NCBI RefSeq assembly: GCF_902459465.1
Contig: NC_047072.1
Span: forward strand, 16,740,001-16,804,000
Direction: 5' to 3'
Length of the DNA: 64,000 nt
DNA from: Asterias rubens
Lineage: Eukaryota
Both the position numbers and the translations under genes were made by a program. The first letter of the stretch is position 1, and each line of letters starts with the position of its first letter. Shown here in pieces: positions 26,308 through 38,371 of the stretch. The notes beneath the pieces were generated by a model that ran no database searches, was not told the origin of the DNA, and saw nothing but the letters and a program-made list of their open reading frames with translations.

Positions 26308-27366
26308 TGTAGCGACGTATACACTTTAAACTCATACCGTAAAGGTACAGGCCTACCTCAGCTGAGGTCTCGAATTCAATTAAAATATTTTTGTGAGGAA
26401 ATACTTCTTTCTTAAAAACTAAGTTAATACGTGTACTTCAGAGGGAGCCGTTTCTCACAATGTTTTATGCTATCGCCAGCTCTCCGTTGCTCGTTACCAA
26501 GTAAGTTTTTATGCTAACAATCATTTTGTGTAATTACCAATAATGTCCATCGGTGCATTTAACATCACACTACAGTTATAGATAATAAAATCACAGAGTT
26601 GGACCGCCCTCAAAATACTTCCCTTTTTAATAACTGCTTTATAACGTTACTAATATTTCAATAATGATCATCATTACATAAAGTTAACATACCCAAACAC
26701 ATCATTATACTATCTTCTCCACACTCTCTGCGAACGTTCGAAATGTTTGAAAATGGGGACGACTTCTTCCTAAACATGAATAAATAAATAAACCAAACAA
26801 AGCATTGTCAAATACTGTGTTCAAGTCCAGTGTGTGTGATAATTCTTTATCATTATAATAATAATAGTATCGAAGTCTGCTATAGCGCACGTATCTACCA
26901 AGCAATGTACTCAAGGCGCTGAGTAAAAATACATTTACAGAAAGATGGGTTATTAAAGTTGTGAATTATTTGGCCAAATAATAGAGCACCTTATAAGGGT
27001 TTAATTCAATTCAATTAAATTCAATTCTTTATTCATCATGCCCAGCATGAAAATCACGTTCTCGATTTGCACATTAACATACAGTATACAAGGTGCTACG
27101 GTGCATACAGCAGCCACAGCCAGGAACACCGGGGTGAACCCCTTCTCTTTTGGATAAGTGCACTGGGTTCTTTTACGTGCGTTACACAACACATGAGACC
27201 AACGGCTTTAACGCCCCATCCGAAGGACGAACAAATGGTTAAGTGCCTTGCTTAAGGACACAAGTGTCACGATGGGGGGGGGGGGATTCGAACCCACATT
27301 CTGCTGATCAGATACACCAGAGTTTGAATTCATTGGCGTTGCCTTATTTGCCATACCTGCAATGTA

Positions 27367-28468
27367 AACTGCTCACAAAAAGTAAGGAAACTTTTTTCAA
27401 TCCAGTATATTTGTTATTATTTATTACTCTCTTTGTATGTGGTATATATCAATGCAAAGCTGAACTGTTCCTCTTTAAAATGATACCATATTTGCAATGA
27501 TTACATGTTGCTGAACTTGGCTACACGAATAACAATGAGGCAAAGTCACAAACCAAATGTGCCAAAATTACCGTTGTCTGTGCTAAATGGTCAATAGGTA
27601 ATGCTCAATTAGTCAAACCGATCAAGCTTTTCAGAACCATTAATGGTTTACACAAAGATTTGCACCAGTGAGCTCATCAGAAACAATTAACCCTCATCTC
27701 TTGAAAAACACCTTGTTTGATGGGTATTTGCAAGGCGATATTCTACAGCCGATTGCAGTCCCATACTTGCAGACTCTTAGACCAAAATGCCATCTTTCAA
27801 GATGACAACGCTCGCCCCCATCGAGCCCGACTGGTGACTGACTATACCTGAACAATGTTGGGGTGCGCCGGATGGATTGGCCCGCTAACAGTCCAGACCT
27901 GAATTCCATGGAACATCTGTGGGACCAGCTTGGCCTCGCTGTCCGCGACAGAACCACCAACACATCAACTGTGGCTGACCTAACCAGGTTCCTTAATGAA
28001 GAATGGAACGCCATCCCTCATCATCAGCGCATCAAAATACTTTTGTGCAGCATGAGACGAAGGTGCCAGGCTGCCATCAACGCCTTCGGATCATCCACTC
28101 GTTGCTGTACTTTTTGTATCAGTAAAGTGTATTAAGATCACTAAGTTGTCTTGCTCTATACCAAACTTCTTGTCTCAATAAAGTGGATTAAGATCAGTAA
28201 GATGTCTTGCTTGTTTGAATTACAGTGTCAATTTGATTGTTCGTACAGTAACACACAAAATTGCTAATTTTGGCACATTTGATTTGTGACTTTGTCTCAT
28301 TCTCATTAACGTGGTCAAGTCCAGCAACATGTAAACATTGCAATTGTGGTATCATTTTGAAGAGGAACAGTTCAGCTTTGCAATGATATATACCATATAC
28401 AAAGAGAGTATTAAATAATAACAAATATACTGGGTTGAAAAAAGTTTCCTTACTTTTGGTGAGCAGTT
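27367..28468 (+). mobile_element. Internally deleted Tc1/mariner transposon with long (~200 bp) TIRs and a TA TSD
   Basis: TA at 27365-27366 and 28469-28470. TIRs begin AACTGCTCACAAAAAGTAAGGAAAC and end GTTTCCTTACTTTTGGTGAGCAGTT. Internal frameshifted transposase C-terminus: FQDDNARPH...WPANSPDLNSMEHLWDQL. The empty site CAATG-TA-TGTAAAA is present at ~21778-21792. Confidence 0.92.
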
Positions 28469-29689
28469 TATGTAAAATAAAATGATGTTCTTTTCCATAA
28501 CCGCAGTACTTCGAAGTGGAATGTTTCTCAAAATGCATTTCACTATATCCAAACTGCTGTAATGCTTACCACGTAGGTTTTACTGACATTGATTTTCAAA
28601 CCCATTACCAAACGTATCAGACCTTTTGTTATTGATTTGTTTTTTTGCAGCCCAATAAAAAAAAAACAATTGGGGGGGGGGGATTTTAGGCCCCCATATA
28701 TCGTGAAGATTATGAGCATGCTCTGCAGCATTTTAGACATGCTCTAAAAATGTGCACAACGTAATTTTGACTTCACCCAGGTTGTTAATCTATAAACCCA
28801 TTATGGTCATCCCCAAGTCCTTTTAGAGGGTTTGTAGATGTTTTTAACCATACTTATTAAAATATGACAATTTGTTTTATGTTATGTTGCTAATTGTTTT
28901 TTCTAAATGTTGTCCCAATACATAATGCATACTGTACTGCATGAGCACTACTACTATACTGCAACAAAAACTTGGGTGCTCAAAGTTACACCATTGGTTG
29001 TCTTCACATGATAGATACGGAACAAAGAATCAAAATTAACATTAAGGTTTAAAGAAGTTAGTGTTATTTTAACACCCTTGGTGTTCATTTTTTTATTATT
29101 TTTATTATGAAGGGACAAGACCGTTGTGTTACTTTTTTGCAGTGCATTATTATAGTATTCGTAGGTTATAATAATATAAATACAGAAGTCTTGTATAGCG
29201 TATCTACCAAACAAGGTACTCAAGACACTCAGTATATACAAAATTTCAGAACTAGGGTATTGCAGTGATGATTTTTAGACCCAATTATGAAGCACCTTAT
29301 AAGGGTTTACAAGGTGCTACGGCGCATACGGCAGCCACAGCCAGGAAACACCGGGTCGAACCCCCTCTCTTTTCGATAAGTGCACTGGGTTCTTTTACAT
29401 GGGTTACACAACACATGGGACCAATGGCTTTACGTCCCATCCGAAGGACGAAGCAATGGTTAAGTGTCTTGCTTAAGGACACAAATGTCACGGCTTGGGA
29501 TTCGAACCCACGCTCTGCTGATCAGAAACACCAGAGTTTTTAATTCGGTGCACTTAACCGCTCGGCCACAACACTTCCAAGGAAATGTGGGATATATATA
29601 AAAAGCCTTTAACCCACAACTTCAAATCCCAAGACCTTTCAGAACAGAAGAACCACACGCGAATGTCAATAATTTTTGGTGATTTCTAG

Positions 29690-31786
29690 ATGCAATCGTG
29701 ACCGTGTTTGATAAGATGGTCGAGTACAGCCTGAAGGATGATACACAGTCCCTCATGACGATGTCGTATGCTATGTAGATCTCGTTTTGAAGTCCATAAT
29801 CCAGTTTACGGCTGGGTCCTCAGCCAGGTGAAGGGCTTTGATGCCACCATCAAGGTGAGAGAGTGGGCAGTCATCTATCATGTGGCGCATCGTCTGTGGT
29901 TCTCCACAATCACAAAGCGGAGATGCAAGGTAGCCCCACTTGTGTAGGCTGCTGCGGCACGGCCCTGCGTCTGTACGAAACCGGTTTAAGACGCACCAAT
30001 GGCCGCGCGGGAGGTCCATTCCCGGAAGTTGGATGGTGGGGTCAGCGACCAGGAACTTGTGGGGGACGTTGGTGTGGTCTCGCCACCGTGTGCGCCATAG
30101 ATCTTCTGCTGTCGCTGCACTGTCCGGGACATTGGACCAGATTGGGTTTCTAGACTTAAGTCTAGGCCTAGGGTGGAAGTCAAGGTCTCTGAGGAGAGGG
30201 AGCTCAGGGTTGGATCGGATCTTACAGACCAGCCTAGATGTGGCTACCTCTCTTCGGATGTCTGGAGGGGCAATGTTGCTCAGGACTGGGAGCCAGTCTG
30301 TCTTTGTACTGCGAACGGCGCCAGTGATGGTTCTCATGGTGTTGTTGAGTTGGACGTCGACAAGGCCGGTGTGGACAGAATTCCTCCAGACTGGAGCACA
30401 GTACTCAGCCACTGAGTAGCAGAGGGCTATAGCAGATGAGCGGAGTGTCCTTGTCTTAGCTCCCCAGGTTGTACCACCGAGCATGTGGATCAAGTTGTTT
30501 CTGGTCTGGATTTTGGCAGCTACTTTCTGGAGGTGAGGTTTGAAGGTGAGTGTACGGTCCAGGGTGACGCCAAGGTAAGTCGGTTTGGGGGCGTGGCTCA
30601 AACGTTTTCCGTTGAGAAAGATGTCTAGCTCTTGTTGGCTTTTTGCATTGTGCAGGTGAAAGACACTGGATACTGTTTTAGCCACACTGGGCTGAAGTCG
30701 CCAGCGTTTACAGTATTCACTGATCTTTGCTATGTCATCATTGATAGTGGTGCCGAGGTCTTCAAACGTTCTTGCTTGGTGGGCGAGGCAGATATCATCA
30801 GCACAGATGAACTTTCGGCACATAGTGGCTGGGAGGTCACTTGTGTACAGGTTGAACAGGGTGGGTGCCAGTACTGATCCTTGTGGCAAGCCGTTCTTCT
30901 GCATTCTCCATGAGCTACAAGTGTCTCCCATATGGACACGAAACCGTCGTTGTTGCAACAGCAGTTCAACTATGTCAACGGCCCAGCGTGGTAGTACTTT
31001 GGAGATTTTGACTAGCAGACCTTTGTGCCACACAGTGTCATATGCAGCAGTTAGATCCAGGAAGACGGCGCCAGTCTTTAGGCCTTGCTGGTATCCGTTT
31101 TATAGTCCCTCATAAAACTGTTTCATCAAAACGCAACAATCATGATGGGTGGATTGCCGCCTGTCATTGGACATGAAGGTAATTAACCGTTTCTCCTTTT
31201 TTTTTCTTTTTCCTTTTTTTTTTTGAATTTTTTTATATTCATACTTGATTTGTAGTTCAAAGATTAATTAATATGTAAAACAAATAACTAATAATATTTG
31301 CATTTACGTATTGATGTTCAAACATTCTAAAATATGCATCCCTGTGGATACACTTCTTTCCATTGTTCAGGTACTTAAGATTTTCCCGTAGACTCTGTGC
31401 ACCTAATTGCTTGTGGTACATCCCGGTCTTGAGAACTTCCCTATGGAGTCATTTTATTTCTCCCTCATTTGTTTTTTCCCATAAGGTACCGAGTATGGGA
31501 ATAGTGTTGGCTCTTTTAAACGAAAAAAAAAAAAAAAAATTAATTATTGCTTAATATTTTCACTGTATTTTTTGGGTTGTCTAGTTGTTATTGTTTGGTT
31601 AATATATGTTTTCGTTTTTATTTCGGTAGAAATACGAACTTTGCTGGAGATCTTACCCGAAAAAGCCTCCGACATCAAATGCATCCTTAAAGTGATGGAG
31701 CCAATGGATGAAAGCGCAGACTTTGTGTACGTCGCAATTCACTTTGAATTCTACAACGAATTGGGAGAAAAATACATGGATGGGAA
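29690..31786 (+). pseudogene. NTF2/SnoaL-like copy C, disrupted by a LINE insertion in exon 2
   Basis: Exon 2 halves 29690-29756 and 31114-31178 rejoin to exactly 132 nt (DAIVTVFDKMVEYSLKDDTQSLIKLFHQNATIMMGGLPPVIGHE). Exon 3 at 31630-31786 is intact (157 nt). No exon 1 or exon 4 was found. Confidence 0.85.
29757..31103 (-). mobile_element. 5'-truncated non-LTR retrotransposon (I group, Ingi/Vingi-like), 1347 bp
   Basis: Uninterrupted RT frame from GAVFLDLTAAYDTVWH through LPQGSVLAPTLFNLY, CADD and YLGVTLDRTL to a C-terminal CDCGEPQTMRHMIDDCP zinc knuckle, with no RNase H seen. Stop at 29771 and a short 3' tail CATACGACATCGTC. TSD AGTCCCTCAT at 29747-29756 and 31104-31113. Confidence 0.93.
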
Positions 31787-32829
31787 GTAAGTAGGAGCCA
31801 ACTAATATAAAACCATCCCTGCATCCATATACTAAGACCTACAGACTAATCCGACGCGCACCGGGCGCGCAAGTTAGTGTTGGGCACCGCGCGTCATTTG
31901 CTGCGGTGTCTTCAACGCCTAGATTGTGCACACAAAGACACCGCAGTTGGTGATTTTCAATAGAGGGCGCTACCAATTTTGATTCGTCGGATTGGTCTAT
32001 AGACTTGACTCAAGTCCCAAATCCCGTGCCATCGCCAGAAAACTGCATTCCCCAACCAAATCCGCATTCTCGTGACAACATTTGACTTGCTAGCTATGTA
32101 GTTGGCGCAATATATATTTAAAAAAGGGACCTCCCACACGAGAACGGGGCTTGAATCAAGTCTAACTTGGACCGTACTTGGTAAACAACTTACAGACCAT
32201 GCGAACGTTTTTTAAAATAAGTGTGACCTAGTGCATTCTTTGGGTATTCTGGCAGGCAAGATACTGCATTGGTCATAATTGGGAAAGTTTACACTTTGTG
32301 TCATAATTTCCACATAAATCCAAGAATTATGAACGTAAAAGCTGGACAAGTTTTGAGATGTGTCCCATTCCATCATATCAAAAATTGATAAGAATTAGAC
32401 AGTGCAATCTCCATAAAATATAAGATTTTATGTTTTCTTCCATATAGGCTGTGTACAAATCGTGCCTGCAAGAAGTCCAGGCTCTGTGTCTCTTTTGTGA
32501 TGTGACGTCACATGTCACATCATCTATACAGTCAAAGTTAAACAGACAATTACTACTCAACTGATGAGGAGCTTTAATTTGAATGGTAGGGATTATGCGC
32601 TTATGGTTGCCATAAACCCGTCGTTCATGCGGGTTTCTGGCTTAATAGAAATTTCACTAGGAATTATTGTCCGAGAACTAAAATTTGATTGACGGGTGAA
32701 GTTATGTTTAAAAATACTGAGTAGAGCCGTTTGCGTTACAAGTGACTTATCGCATACAAGCATCGTTATCAACCGTGGAGATATCGTAATTCTTTCCTGA
32801 CGCATTCACACGCAAGAATAAAAAACAGG

Positions 32830-35424
32830 ATGTTTCTCGTCAACCTTGTACCCCTGCTTCTGGTGTTCGGTGTGTTGACTCAATCTGGGGTTGATGCAAC
32901 TGAACATCTTGAGGAAGATCAGAGTGATCTTCGAGGTAAATATTTCAAGAATATCTTGATTTTACTTTAGTTGTAGAGTGTGACAAGAAGCAATTATATT
33001 TAAACCTTTCCATATCTTGTTTGCACCATGCAAAGTTTTTCCTACTTATTCTGATTTTTTTTTATATACAAATAAAACTACAAAACATATTGGTTTTTTT
33101 TATATTTGCAGAAGTGGTTGTGTCATTGTTTGATAAGTTTATAAACGCAAGCCTCAGCGGTGACACGGATGCGGTTGTGAGCCTTCACGACAAAGATGCT
33201 AAGATATTAATAGATGGCTTTCCTCCGGTTATTGGACTTGACGGTAGGCCCATACCTATCTATTTACATGATTTCTACATCATTGCATTGTATTGGCACT
33301 GGAAACCATTGGTAATTGCTCAAAACAGATGTTAGCACAAAACTTACTTGGTAATGAGGAATGAGGAGCTGTTGATAGTGTAAACGATGTGAGAAACGGC
33401 TCCCTCTAAAGTAACGTTGTTTTTTATCACGAATTGTTTTCTCACTAAAATGTTTGAGTTGACCTCATCAGCTGCGGTCTCGAATTCAAGGCATCTGGAA
33501 GCACACAACTTGTGCAACAAGGGTGTTTGTTTCCCTTCATTATTATTTCGCAACTTCGACTACCAATTGAGTTCATAGGTTTACTTTCATAGGTTTGTTA
33601 AGGTATGCATAAGTTGAGATAAACCAAGTAAGAAAACTGGTCTTTGACAATTAGCAAAGGTGTCCAGTGCCTTTAAATCTTGAATCTTGTATTGGTCTAC
33701 TCTCCTGAAAACATTGATGCTGTCTTGGAGAGGGTGCGTTGCAAAATCCATTTGTGCTCTGTGCGTGTACTGTCAACATTTGTTTTGTTTATTTGATGTT
33801 TATGATTTATTTGGGTAGAGATACGCACTCTGGTGGAGCTCCTACCCGAAAGAGCCGCTGAAGAAAAGTTTACCATCAAAGAGTTGTGGCCAATGGATAA
33901 AGACGAAAACTATTTGTACATCCGTTATCACTTTGATTATTTCAACAAGTCCGGTGAGAACTACCTCGATGCGAGGTAAGTGATAATAATAACAATAATA
34001 ATAATAATAATAACAACAACAACAATAATAATAGTAACCAGTTTTTATAATCACCTTTCTTAAGGGCGTCTCAAAGCACTTCTTGCATTGTTACCCCTGG
34101 TCATGCACTCCTTAAATCATCTCAGCTTTCGAGGAAGTATACAACCTGTAACAAATACAAATCAATCACAAGAACAGTAATTACAAGAATCGATCACAAG
34201 AACCATCTCTGTCACAGGTACCCATTTACCCGGCCCCTGGGTGGAGAGAAGCAAGTGCATAGTTAAGTGTTTTGCTCAGGGACACACAAGGGTCACGACC
34301 GGGAATTGAAAAAAATTAAATATAAAAAAAGGCCGCTTAGTGCCATCTTAAAGGGTATATATGTATTTTTTCCTAACAAAAAACACAAAGTCCACAGACT
34401 TACACAGTTTAAAAATTATGAAAGTAGAAAGCTTCTCTTGAAATTTTACTTACTGAGGTGCTGTAGTTTTTGAGAAATGAGTAAAAGTAATAATTTTCTT
34501 CTCAGTTTTAGCATGTAAAAACGTGTTAACAAGTTATGCTATGGTTTTGGTATAATATCATAACTGGTTAAGGGGATTTTACATGCTAAAATAATTTGGG
34601 TCTCATTAGACCAAAACTATTTTGTGACTTGTTTTACTCATTTCTCAAAAACTTCATCACCTCAGTAAGTAATATTTGAAGGGAAGCTTTCCACATCATT
34701 ATCTTCAAACACTGTAAGTTTAATGTAAATCTATGGACATTTTGAAACCTTTAAAGAGTGTGTTTTATTTTCTATCATTTAAACAACAAAATAATAATAA
34801 TGTTTTGAACTAGTACACACTGCTAACAGACATAAGGCCAACAATAAAGAAAACAGTTTAGCGTCCTCACCCGCTTCTTTTTTAGAGACCGGCACTTTTT
34901 TTGTTCACGGAAAAAGGGTAAATTTCAACGATCTCAGTCGATTGTTGTTGCTTGTAAATATTTATTTATTTATTTATTTCATTTTAAATCTTCGGACATA
35001 ATTCTTTGTTGGCAGGGGCCGTCCAGGGTAAGGCAAAAGTTTTAAAAACTGTCATCAAAGCGATGTGCCCTCCCAGACCCCTCCAACAAAAAACATAAAC
35101 GTTTATAAAACTACAGAAAATAAAAGCATGAATTAAAAAATAAGTAGATAATAACATACAAAAGTACAAAACGCTACATTAAATTAAAAAAATCCCAGCC
35201 GGTTGGTTGTCTGTAAAAAATGTGTCGGCGGTCATAAAAAAAATAGCCATATTCCCTTTTTTTTCAAAAAAGGGCTAGACGGCTAAATCTGTTTCTGTTT
35301 GAATTTGGCATAACCAAACATCTTATCTGTTAAATTTCACAGTGCATTGGCAGTCTTCAAGAAGTCTGACGACCAGTACAAGATTCACATAGTGATGTTC
35401 AACACTCACAACCAAGCAATATAA
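32830..35424 (+). CDS. Secreted NTF2/SnoaL-like protein, copy D, 158 aa
   Basis: Exons 32830-32935, 33112-33243, 33819-33975 and 35343-35424 (106/132/157/82 nt), phases 1,1,2. C-terminus SALAVFKKSDDQYKIHIVMFNTHNQAI resembles the DUF4440 last-hairpin pattern (v.v.kk..dg.wki). Confidence 0.85.
33295..33676. mobile_element. TTAA-family MITE in intron 2 of copy D
   Basis: Family body ending in GTGTCCAGTGCCTTTAA. Absent from the equivalent intron of copy E. Confidence 0.75.
34060..34320 (-). mobile_element. SINE fragment in intron 3 of copy D, with a homolog in intron 3 of copy E (~37615-37850)
   Basis: Both begin GGGCGTCTCAAAGC just after an AT-rich tract and share TACCC.TTTACCC...GGTGGAGAGAAGCAA...TTGCT.A.GGACAC. 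Confidence 0.6.
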
Positions 35425-36336
35425 TAAGACGTCATGTGAACCACTCCCTTCACGGTTATCACTTTATGTTCGTCACGATCGTCACTGACTCTACCCCCAC
35501 AAAACAGTCTAGAATACTGTGACAGTTATTTGTCATAGTCAATATTTAATGTAATTTTCTTAGTGCAATTGTCAACGTGTTATCTTTAATACTCTTAATT
35601 TCTTCAACCAATTCCGTGGGTAACATTGCATTGCTTTAATGTGTCAATCTGTCACAGTGTTTCATGCAAGATGGGCTAAGATTCATAGAGCTGTTTAAGC
35701 ATTGACTAGTTACTAAGCAAAACACAATTATGCTTACCATAATAAGGTTACCAGCCAAACTATACCATGTCACAAGTACATTTTATGACTGGTATCCTGC
35801 TGATTTCTGTTTAGCAGTTGATTTTTTAAGCAATATTTTCTGCTTGACCAGCTCTGTAAAATTGGACCCTGCCCAAAAAACTCGGTATCTTGCGGCAGAA
35901 ACAAGTTAATAAAAAAACCATGTCGTACAAAAAGAGGTTTCTTGTTATTTCATACGAGTTCTAGTGTAAAAGACAATTATTATACAACTAATGAGGAGCT
36001 TATGTTGAATGTTGGGGATAAGATGCGCTAATGGTTACAATATTAACCCGTCGTTTATGCGGGTTTTGTTTAATTATAATAGAAAGAGAGAATTGCCAAT
36101 CAGTTCACGGTAATTTATTATTACTTTATAAAATTTAATTGACGGTTGAAAATCTGTATAAATATTTTGAGTAGAGCCGTTTAGCGTTAGAAGCGACTTC
36201 TCGCATACAAGCATCAGCATCAATCGTGGGAGGTATCGCAATTATTTCCTGACGCAAGAAGAGTACTGCAGTATACTGATTTGCGCTGTAGAAGTATTTC
36301 TTCTTCTTATTATTATTATTGAGAATCAAAATTAGT

Positions 36337-38371
36337 ATGTTTCTCGTCAACCTTGTACCCCTGCTTCTGGTGTTCGGTGTGTTAACTCAATCTGGGGTTG
36401 ATGCAACTGAACATCTTGAGGAAGACCAGAGTGATCTTCGAGGTAAATATTTTAGAATATCATGATTCTATTTTAGAAGTAGAGAATAATGTTTAATGTC
36501 ACGTAATGTAATTAATGTGTAGGCCTAGTTCTACAGTTCGTTTTATTCACTTATTTTGAAAAATATATAAAGCCAAAAGTATTTCAAAACTAAAAGTCGT
36601 GCTGGTAACCTCTCCACTCTTGTGTTTTTATCGACTCTTTTTACATTCCTATTTTTTTCTGCTAATCTGCTTATTGTAAAAACATTACCGTTTTTTAGCT
36701 GTAATAATTGTATTTGCTAATTTTTGTGTTTCTTTGAAGCGCTTTGAGGCCCTGCAGAAGGCGCGATATAAATGTTTCTTGATACTTATTATTATAACCT
36801 TTGTGATTTGTAGAAGCGGTTGCGTCCTTGTTCGATGAGTATATTAGCGCTAGCCTCAGCGGTAACACGGATGCAGTGGTGAGCCTACACGACAAAGATG
36901 CCAAAATATTGGTCGAAGGTTTTCCTCCGGCTACTGGACTTGAGGGTAGCTGCTTTTACTTAATTTCTAAACCTACATTTCGCATAATACATTGAATTTT
37001 TTAAATCTTGAATCTTGAATTGTTCTACTCTTATAAAAGCTTTGCTGATGCCATAGAGAGGATGTGTTGCAAAATATAATGTGGTCGGTGCTTATGCTGT
37101 CAATATTGTAAACAAAATAAAATCATACATTAATATTTTGCAATTAAATTTAAACTTAAGATAATATACACATTCTTGCTAAGCTATCACTATGCAAGAC
37201 TTGTCTATCCTTCATTATATTGTTTGTAGTTTTGCCATTTAGCTTTTGATAAAACTTCTGGCCGAAACGTGACGCCACTAACTTTTGTTTGCGTTTATTA
37301 TTATTATTATTATCATTTTTTTTCTTCTGAAAATATCTTTTAACATTCGTTTTGTTTATTTCGTATTATGATTTATTTTGGGTAGAGATACGGACTCTGG
37401 TGGAGCTCCTACCCGAAAGAGCCGCTAAAATGAAGTGGACCGTAAAAGAGGTGTGGCCGATGGATAAAGACGAAAACTATGTATACGTCCGATTTTACTT
37501 CGAAAATATCAACAAGTCCGGAGAAAAATACCTTGATGGGACGTAAGTAATGAATAATAAAAATCGTAATAGCAATAATAATAACAACCAGGTTTTTTTT
37601 AGCGGCTATAAACACTCGAAGGGCGTCTCAAAGCGCTTCCACCATTTAATTCATTCCTTAAACCATTAGCTACAGAGACAGTAAACAGCCTATGCAACAG
37701 TGTGCTACTAAGCTCAATCACAAGAAGTATCTCCGCCCTCACATATACCCGTTTACCCCTAGGTGGAGAGAAGCAATTATGTTTGGTGTCTTGCTTAAAG
37801 GGACACAAGTGTCCCGACCGGGATGCAAACCCACACTCTGCTGTACATGAAACATTATAACAAAATGGCCGCGCTATGTCATCTTGAAGAGTGTATTTTA
37901 TTTTCTAGTATTCATTTTTTGTTCATTCTTCGGAGTGTGAAACGTCTGAAAAAAAGATTAGACCTAGTCAAGGGAAGTACATACCACAACTGCGTCCGAA
38001 ACGAATTTAGTCTGGCTAGTTTTGAACTAGCAGCTAACTTGCAGAGGCCGGCTCCTTTTTTTTTATATATTATTTTGAGAACGGAAAACAATATTTTTTT
38101 AACGATCTCAGACGCAAACAAAATTGAAAAAATACCCCAGACAGTTGTCTTTAAAAATGTGTCGGCGGCCATTTTTCGGCGGCCATTTTGAAAACAAAAA
38201 CCTACCTCCTTCCTTTTATCAAATGGCAGGGCGATAAACATGTTTTTTTTTTTACCTAACCAAGACTCTTATCTTTCGTTATTTCACAGTGCATTGACCG
38301 TCCTCAAGAAGTCTGAAGACCAGTACAAGTTTTACTTAGTGATGTTCAACACTCATAACCAAGCAACCTAA
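36337..38371 (+). CDS. Secreted NTF2/SnoaL-like protein, copy E, 158 aa
   Basis: Exons 36337-36442, 36814-36945, 37386-37542 and 38290-38371, with the same lengths and phases as copy D and an open frame. Confidence 0.85.

Noticed and set aside
29480-29577. tRNA gene
   Set aside because: A and B boxes are present, but the sequence continues into a SINE body and tail and recurs in diverged copies. No clean cloverleaf could be drawn.
29863-31115. Short ORFs overlapping the LINE
   Set aside because: They are alternative-frame or antisense shadows of the RT frame.
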